A DNA stretch of 37,275 bases from positions 1 through 37,275 of the forward strand of contig MRSU01000421.1 in assembly GCA_008369845.1 (NCBI GenBank), read 5' to 3'. The first letter of the stretch is position 1. Every line of letters begins with the position of its first letter. The stretch is from Trichomonas gallinae (taxonomy: Eukaryota). A model generated the notes under the pieces. It made no database searches. It saw nothing but the letters and a program-made list of their open reading frames with translations, and was not told where the DNA came from. Shown one piece after another: positions 30,347 to 37,275 of this stretch. A program made the position numbers and the translations under genes.

Positions 30347-31148
30347 TGTTTGATTTTTTTTATATTTTTATTATAATTACTCTACAATATTATTTATAAA
30401 TAAAATATAACAAATATTTTCTTATCAAATTTTTTACCCTTTCATTGAATTACTCAGAATTTTAAAAAATATGAATAAATTAAAAATAAATTAATTCAGA
30501 CTCATAATTTAATCAATTATTACATATAATCCATACACAGGAAATTGCTTCGCCAACATTATTAGATGGCTTAAACACCATCAAATAACTTAACCAATAA
30601 ATGATTACCGAGCACATGCAATAACCACTTCTCAATTGTTCAATCCAAATGACAATATGAATGAATTCTGAAGTACAACCTAAACCAAAAGAAAATTTAT
30701 TTTTATTGGTTATAATATAAATATTGGGAATGTTTGCTGTAATACAATCAAAAACAAAGTGACTAGCTTTCGAAAAATCGGAATTTAATGCTATGTGAAA
30801 TAGGAATTTTTTGTGAACAATTTTAATTTAGCAATAGTATTGCATACAGACGACCAAAATTTCTTCTCAAAATAATCAAAATAATTTGGTATTCCCAAAG
30901 GAAAATATACTGAATACTTTTGTTGCTTTGAAAGCAACAATGGCCTCGTATGCTCCGCATGCCCAATTAATGCTTCAATATATCTCTAATAAACTCGCTT
31001 ATCAGCATGATTAATCGCTAAGCAAAGTTCTTTAAAATGGATTTCCCAAAAAATGTCTGTAAATATTTCGGTTTTTTAAATTCATTTTATGATATATTCG
31101 AAAGATTTTTGTCATGTAAAATTGTAAATATGTCAAATTTTAGAATTA

Positions 31149-32000
31149 ATGGAAGGATTTTCTAAATATGTACCTAAACTTAGTTTTGATAAATACAAAG
31201 GAAGCTGTGGAAGACTTGCTGTGATTGGCGGCTCATTTGAGTACACTGGAGCACCATGGTTTGCAGCATATTCCGCTCTTCGCGCTGGAGCTGATTTAGC
31301 ACATATATTCTGCATGAAATCTGCTGCCGTTCCTATTAAATCTTACTCTCCAGAAACAATTGTTCATCCTGTTCTACCAGATTCTGATGAATTTCAATTT
31401 ATTCCACAAGCGCTAGATTCACTTAAAGAATGGTATGGATCAGTTGATTCTTTTGTTGTTGGACCAGGTTTAGGCAGAAATCAAGCAACATTAGAATTCA
31501 CTGAAGAATTAATCAAATTTTTGAAGGTAAATCAGCCTACAAAGCCAGTTATTTTAGATGGGGATGCTCTGTTTCTTGTTTCCTCTATGCCACAAATCGT
31601 TTCAGGCTGCAAAAATTTTATTCTCACTCCAAATGGCGGCGAATACATCCGTCTTTGCAACAGTGTCGAATTAAAGGAAAATTCTACTGTTTTGGAACTC
31701 GCTAAAAGGTTGAAAGTCAATGTTTTCTCTAAAGGAAAAATAGATCAATTTTCAAATGGAAAGAAAATTGAAAAATACACAATCAAAAATCAATGCCCAA
31801 GACGTTGTGGTGGACAAGGAGATATTACGGCTGGAATTTTAGGACTCTACGCTTCATGGGCACCAATTGATTATTTTGCTGCCGCAGGAGCTGTTTCCGA
31901 AATTGTTAAAAAAGCGGCCAAACTTGCATTTCAAGAAAAACGTAGATCTGTTACTACCACTGATATTATTTCAAAAATAGAAAAAGTGAATTTTAAATAA
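31149..32000 (+). CDS. NAXD: ATP-dependent (S)-NAD(P)H-hydrate dehydratase (YjeF-C/CARKD)
   Basis: KGSCGRLAVIGGSFEYTGAP, VVGPGLGR, ILDGDAL, ILTPNGGE, RRCGGQGD. Confidence 0.93.
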   Translation: MEGFSKYVPKLSFDKYKGSCGRLAVIGGSFEYTGAPWFAAYSALRAGADLAHIFCMKSAAVPIKSYSPETIVHPVLPDSDEFQFIPQALDSLKEWYGSVDSFVVGPGLGRNQATLEFTEELIKFLKVNQPTKPVILDGDALFLVSSMPQIVSGCKNFILTPNGGEYIRLCNSVELKENSTVLELAKRLKVNVFSKGKIDQFSNGKKIEKYTIKNQCPRRCGGQGDITAGILGLYASWAPIDYFAAAGAVSEIVKKAAKLAFQEKRRSVTTTDIISKIEKVNFK

Positions 32001-32320
32001 GGAGTAAGAATACTTTATTGATGTATTGTGCGAAAAGTTCTTCGAGAAAATATCATAATTTGTTTGTATTGCAACTTGATTTTAATTCTTTAAAAATTCT
32101 AAATTTAAATTTTGCATGTTTTACTTAAGAATTTAACATTATAAACAAGAATTATAGTTGGTGCTTAATCCAATCTATATTATTTCGATAGTTCAGAAAA
32201 ATTGAATATATCTTTGAATATTTCTCATATATATGACACAACATGTTGTAATTACCAAGAATAACATGCTCATAACAGCATCAAAAAATGAGAATTATTA
32301 TTATTCGCAATTGAACTACA

Positions 32321-32773
32321 TTAAGTGAGTTCCAAAATACGATCCACAAGGGCCTCTAACTTGCTAATATCCGGAAATTTTTTAACATTATCAGTATTGA
32401 GTAGAAAATCATTGAAATTGTTAATAAAGTTGTTGCTGTTGTTTTCACCTTTAGGATTGTATCGTTGTTTGATGTTTCCATATATTCCATTAATATGTTC
32501 ACGAATTTCGTTGTATTTCTCTGTTTGTAAATCTGATTTAGCTTTTTTGATCTGATATTCAATAGATTTATCTTCAGAGTTTAATTTTCCTTTGAATGCA
32601 GAAGTATCAACCACATTTTTTATATTTTGCATTTGTTCTATCCTTTGATCATGTTTAAATTGACTGTTTTCCGAATTAAAGTCACTAAATTTGATGCTAC
32701 TTTTCAAATTGCAATCAGCTATTTGTCCATTTATCCAATCAATAATTTCTTGGGCATTAATATTACCACTCAT
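32321..32773 (-). CDS. Hypothetical protein (150 aa)
   Basis: ATG 32773 is preceded by Inr-like TCATT (32785-32781) and TGTCATGTAAA (32809-32799). Confidence 0.7.
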   Translation of the reverse strand: MSGNINAQEIIDWINGQIADCNLKSSIKFSDFNSENSQFKHDQRIEQMQNIKNVVDTSAFKGKLNSEDKSIEYQIKKAKSDLQTEKYNEIREHINGIYGNIKQRYNPKGENNSNNFINNFNDFLLNTDNVKKFPDISKLEALVDRILELT

Positions 32774-33577
32774 TATAAAAAATGACATATAAATTATCTT
32801 TACATGACATATTTTATTTTTCAAAAAAATTCACAATCAATAATGATTTGAATTTCTTTGACATTGTCAGTGACTATTTCGATATAACTTATGCATTATA
32901 TAACAGCACCATGTTAGATATTTAATGGATTAAGAATGGCTATTGGTTCTTTTGTCTTTACGCGTGTTTTCCATAGAGGTTGATTTTTTGATTTTGAAAT
33001 GGGATTTAAAAATTTGTCATTGTAAAATATACTCGACAAAAAAAAAAAAAAATCATGGATTAATATCTTTTACTATTCGAATTGTAATATTGAATGATTA
33101 GTATATAAATGCAGATTAATACATAGATTAAGGCAGCAGCTATCTAGATTTCAATTCTCAAGTACACTAATATTCGAATGATGAATAAATAGATGTATCC
33201 AACTTTTCATGATATTCTGACTTTGTAAAATGTCAAAAATGCCATGTAAAAAGTCAAAATATGATGTAGAAAAAGTCCTACACAACACAGATACTTGGTG
33301 ATTAACAATACACCGGTGAGAATCATAATGTAAAGCATTACTTTAACTAAATAAAAAGGCATACATCCTTTAAATTTCAATTCTCCAAATTTATATGTTG
33401 AATTATTTACAAATCGAAACTCGTTGTCTGATTTTTGACCAAATTCGTCACTTTGATGATACTTTACATGACAGAAATTGATTTTTGACAAATTTCGTTT
33501 GAATTTTGTCACTTTTATCAGACTTTACATTATGAAATTAGAGTCTCTCAATTTTCGTTACATTGTAAATTTTCACA

Positions 33578-34867
33578 ATGACTGGGAAGCTTCATTGGGC
33601 GAGGAGAGTCGGCGAGACTCCTAGTCCCGGCCCAGGCGCATACAACATACCAGGTGGAATAGGAACCAGTTCGCCAAGATTTACAATCAGAAAGCGAATT
33701 GATGTCAAGCAAACAAGCGAAACAACGCCAGGTCCTGATTTCGTTGACTTATCACCGAGGAGCAGAGGTCCTGCGTTTACAATAGGTGGAATCAATGATA
33801 AACAGCCGGAAAGCATGACTCCAGGACCAGATTACATGCCTGATCCTCTTGGAGCACCAAAAATCCGAATGAATTCGCCAAAACGCGGTGAAAACAGATA
33901 CTCACCGCGAAAAAGGAAGTATGAATCGTACAACTACTCAATAAATGGACCTGCTTTAGCAGATCTCAGAAATTCTCCTAAAGTAAGAGCCAGCTCACCT
34001 GCAACAATGGGCATTCGCCGCAAAAACAGCTGGCTGCAGATAAACGACAGTCCAAGTCCTGATTTTTACGAAATTAAAGATTCGTTAACAAGAGCTTCTT
34101 CACCAAAATACTCACTAAGGGCATCACCAAAGATCATTCCTAAAGATATCGGCCCTGGACCTGGTGGAATCATGATTCCATCAGATTTCGGAAAGAAATC
34201 GATGTCAATTCACGTGAGACACAAAGAATTACCACGTTTCGACACACCAGGACCAGGTAATTATGAAGTATCGCAGCCTATTGGCAAGAGCGCGCGTTCA
34301 GCTACTATAAGTCCGCGCACAAATCATCGCATTCATCATTTCGACTACGAAGAATTGATTAAAACGCCAAGCATCTTCGACAATCCGAAGGGAATTACTA
34401 TTGGTGAAGTTATAGAACGTCTGATCCCTGAATCGCCAGGTCCTGGTGATTACAATATTGATCCAATTCCAGGACATCCAGGGCACAAGATTACGCCAAA
34501 GCCAACGCAGAAAGATATCGAGCGCATGGAGGAGCTACACAAGAAGAAGCCATTCCAGTTAGAAGAACCAGGACCAGCGACATTCAACCCGAATTACAAA
34601 CTTTACTACAGTTCTGGTCCGAAATTCTCGTTTGGTGATAAGACTGAGTTCCAGACGGCTGTCAGCTCAAAGGACAACGGTTTACCCGGCCCTCAATATG
34701 ACTCTACACTAACAAGATCATCGCCGATGTTTACAATCAAAGGAAGGAATTTCCAGCCTGATCCTAAGTCCGCGACACAAGATGCCGAACTTGTAATGAT
34801 TGAACCACCAAAAGGTTTAACATTCACAATTGGTGGAAAAGACGACCTAGAACTCATACCAAAATAA
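33578..34867 (+). CDS. SHIPPO/ODF3-like PGP-repeat protein (microtubule/axoneme-associated)
   Basis: Repeated (S/T)PGPG.Y units (SPGPGAYN, TPGPGNYE, SPGPGDYN), each followed by P.FT/S motifs. Confidence 0.88.
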   Translation: MTGKLHWARRVGETPSPGPGAYNIPGGIGTSSPRFTIRKRIDVKQTSETTPGPDFVDLSPRSRGPAFTIGGINDKQPESMTPGPDYMPDPLGAPKIRMNSPKRGENRYSPRKRKYESYNYSINGPALADLRNSPKVRASSPATMGIRRKNSWLQINDSPSPDFYEIKDSLTRASSPKYSLRASPKIIPKDIGPGPGGIMIPSDFGKKSMSIHVRHKELPRFDTPGPGNYEVSQPIGKSARSATISPRTNHRIHHFDYEELIKTPSIFDNPKGITIGEVIERLIPESPGPGDYNIDPIPGHPGHKITPKPTQKDIERMEELHKKKPFQLEEPGPATFNPNYKLYYSSGPKFSFGDKTEFQTAVSSKDNGLPGPQYDSTLTRSSPMFTIKGRNFQPDPKSATQDAELVMIEPPKGLTFTIGGKDDLELIPK

Positions 34868-35165
34868 CCACTGTTATAGAAAAATAATCATATTATGTTT
34901 GTTATATATATCTAAAAATATTACATTCGTTTTTTTTTTTTTTGTTTTCTTTTTATTTATTATTATTCTTATTATTCCATAATATATCTTCAAAACTAAA
35001 CACTTTATATAGAGCATAACAAAGATTAACACATTGTATAAATACGATTTTGATGATAATCTTTTGGCATGCCTCATAATCAATTTTCTAGTCTATTTGT
35101 CGATTTTATAATAATTATTTCCTGTAAAAAAAAGTGAATTTTCTTCCAGTTTTGCATCCCTAGAA

Positions 35166-35830
35166 ATGGTAGATAGACTCAATATAATCCGTCACTTATC
35201 TATTGATTTTGGAGATATTAAGAATCTCAAAATAACAAAATTCTTGATATACTTAGAGTCTTTGATAAATGTATCGAATGAGATTATTGAGTCTGCATTT
35301 TGCAGAAACATACAACAGCATAAAACGAACAACAATATCGAAGCTTTGAAAGCTGCATGTAGTTATGATACAATTTATGAAACTTTCAACAAGATTGCAA
35401 ATGAAAACGATGTCGAAGCCATGTTTTTTGCTAAAGATGAAAAGCTACACAAGTCAACATATTAATATGATAAAGATATCTTTTCATTGTTGCAACAATC
35501 CAACTTCAATCTCATTTATGATAAAGTTTGGTATTGATTACACACAACAATTGAAATTAGATATCCAAATATTTTTCCAAAATCCATCATGATGTCAACT
35601 CAAAAGATAATTACAATAAAATAGCTTTGATGTTGGCTTCATATTTTGGTCAACACGAAACTATCAAACTCCTTCTCACAATTCCCGGAATAGATGTCAA
35701 TGCAATAGACAAAGACAACTGGATAGCTTTGAATTATGCTTCAGTTTATGGTTGGCATGAAACCGCAAAAATGTTGAAAGCTCATGGTGCATTTTATGTA
35801 AATTATTTTACAATTATTAAATGTCATTGA
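35166..35830 (+). pseudogene. Ankyrin-repeat pseudogene
   Basis: Three consecutive ORF pieces in three different frames. The last piece has two ankyrin repeats (ALMLASYFGQHETIKLLL..IDVNAID). Confidence 0.75.
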
Positions 35831-36091
35831 ATAAAGAAATTATTATCACAAAAAATGCTAACATTTTTAGATCAAAATACTAACATTTTTACCATTTTTC
35901 CCTACCTATATGAATAAATTTTTACTATAGAAATATTCTAGCTCGATTATTCTAATGCTCTGCCCTAGAGAAACTCATTCATTTTTTTAGAAATATGGAA
36001 TGTAAAATAACAATTTGACATGTAAATCAATTTTTGACAAATAAATGAATTCCAATTTTGACAAATTTGTCAATTTGACAAGTTCAAAATT

Positions 36092-36475
36092 ATGGAATCA
36101 CCAAATTATCAAGAATCTAAAATTAATCACCGAACGTTTAATCAATTATCATATGTAGACGAACTTTGCCAGTATCATACCTCATTAGCATCAGAAAATC
36201 AAGATGTTCTACAATATTTAATGCCATTACCTAGGTCTAAATTCACTTTGTCTAGTTATTTGAAGAAAGATAATAGCGCAACAAACTCTAAAGAAGCAAA
36301 GCCAAAAGAAAGCATAGAAAAACTCGATATACAACAAATTGAATCAGATAATCCGCCACGTTTTCAAAACATCAAATCAGAAAACTCAGAAGATCAATTA
36401 CTTAATGAGTACATCAATTCAATAGATGATTTAGAAGAAATTTATAATGAAATTATTGAGCAAATAGAAAACTAA
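36092..36475 (+). CDS. Hypothetical protein (127 aa)
   Basis: ATG ORF preceded by TTTGACATGTAAA (36014-36026) and several TTGACAA copies. Confidence 0.65.
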   Translation: MESPNYQESKINHRTFNQLSYVDELCQYHTSLASENQDVLQYLMPLPRSKFTLSSYLKKDNSATNSKEAKPKESIEKLDIQQIESDNPPRFQNIKSENSEDQLLNEYINSIDDLEEIYNEIIEQIEN

Positions 36476-36804
36476 CAAAATTAATCTAATATACAAGCGT
36501 TGTGCACAATATTTATAAGCCAAATATGGCCAATTACAGCAAATTCAAATGTTGAATTTGTAATCGATGTAATTTGTTATTGATAATAGCTATCCTAGCG
36601 ATAATTAACAATTTCTACATTTCAAAATTTGCAAAAAAAAAAAAAAATTTATCAAAATTTGTCGCAAATTGCTGATTTCTTCTAATAACATTTTTCATAA
36701 TATCAGTCTATTGATTAAAGCTTGTTAAATATAGCCGGATTGAAATAGATAAAAACACATTTTATTCATGGTTAATAAAATTATACAGCAATCTAATACA
36801 AAAT

Positions 36805-37230
36805 CTATGCTTCAACGATGTTGTTTTCGATATCATCATCGAGCATCTTCTCGTTGTAATCGATTTGAGGTTTTTTATCTTTGCAGAAAAATTTATATAT
36901 AAAGTATGTGAAAAAGATAACTGTGCATAATATGAGAGCCATGTAGATGTAAATCTGATAAGATAATTTAGTAACCCCAGATCCAGGAATTTCATCTGTG
37001 TTATTTGGCGTTGGTTGTATTACGGGTGAACGCGTTGCTGTGGTTTGAGTATCTTCTATTGAATGATATATGTATTTAACGTTTTGATGATAATTTTCAT
37101 TATTCGGTTGAAAAACTTGCTTGGCTTCGTCAAGACGCTGCTGTATATAATCTCTATATTCTTTGGACTGTATATCTCTATTTAAATGTGGCCTTACCGT
37201 TCTCGAACAAAGTAAAGCCGCGAAAATCAT
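36805..37230 (-). CDS. Small type-I membrane protein
   Basis: Short hydrophobic N-terminus (MIFAALL), one TM helix near the C-terminus, and an acidic tail. Inr-like TCATT at 37239-37235. Confidence 0.75.
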   Translation of the reverse strand: MIFAALLCSRTVRPHLNRDIQSKEYRDYIQQRLDEAKQVFQPNNENYHQNVKYIYHSIEDTQTTATRSPVIQPTPNNTDEIPGSGVTKLSYQIYIYMALILCTVIFFTYFIYKFFCKDKKPQIDYNEKMLDDDIENNIVEA

Positions 37231-37244
37231 TCAAAATGAACGCT

Positions 37245-37245
<1 letters not shown>

Positions 37246-37275
<30 letters not shown>
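37246..37275. repeat. Poly(A) homopolymer of at least 30 nt, running off the window
   Basis: Read directly from the sequence. Confidence 0.95.

Noticed and set aside
30016..30399. 127-aa plus-strand ORF
   Set aside because: It lies antisense to the codon-biased minus-strand fragment and its end runs into AT-rich spacer.
22332..34867. Functional clustering of two axonemal genes, or of SMC1, bromodomain and FHA-RING as a chromatin cluster
   Set aside because: They are separated by unrelated genes in mixed orientations. No evidence of an operon-like system.
1..37275. Spliceosomal introns, tRNA/rRNA genes, intact Maverick or mariner elements
   Set aside because: I noticed no trichomonad-type ACTAAC..CAG intron signature within genes, no cloverleaf or rRNA-like segment, and no transposase, integrase or polymerase ORF. 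This was checked by eye only, so small RNAs could be missed.

Overview
AT-rich, gene-dense eukaryotic protist DNA with apparently intronless genes, most consistent with a Trichomonas-like parabasalid (inferred from gene families, short spacers and initiator-like TCA[CT]T motifs just before ATGs). About 18 intact CDS are present. Recognisable products are SMC1, TRM11, NAXD, an FHA-RING E3, a bromodomain protein, a PQ-loop transporter, an RSPH10B-like MORN protein, a SHIPPO-repeat protein, a divergent PP2A-B56, two ankyrin proteins, a PAC1/PSMG1-like protein and an Mmm1-like SMP protein. One polytopic membrane gene lacks an ATG start, and several decayed gene relics lie in the spacers. I see no prokaryotic system, CRISPR array, rRNA/tRNA gene or intact transposon. 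The most interesting unexplained signal is non-coding: an 11-bp TG[T/A]CATGTAAA motif family clustered upstream of many genes, and canonical E2F-type sites at the SMC1 start. All protein calls come from motif recognition by eye, not database searches.
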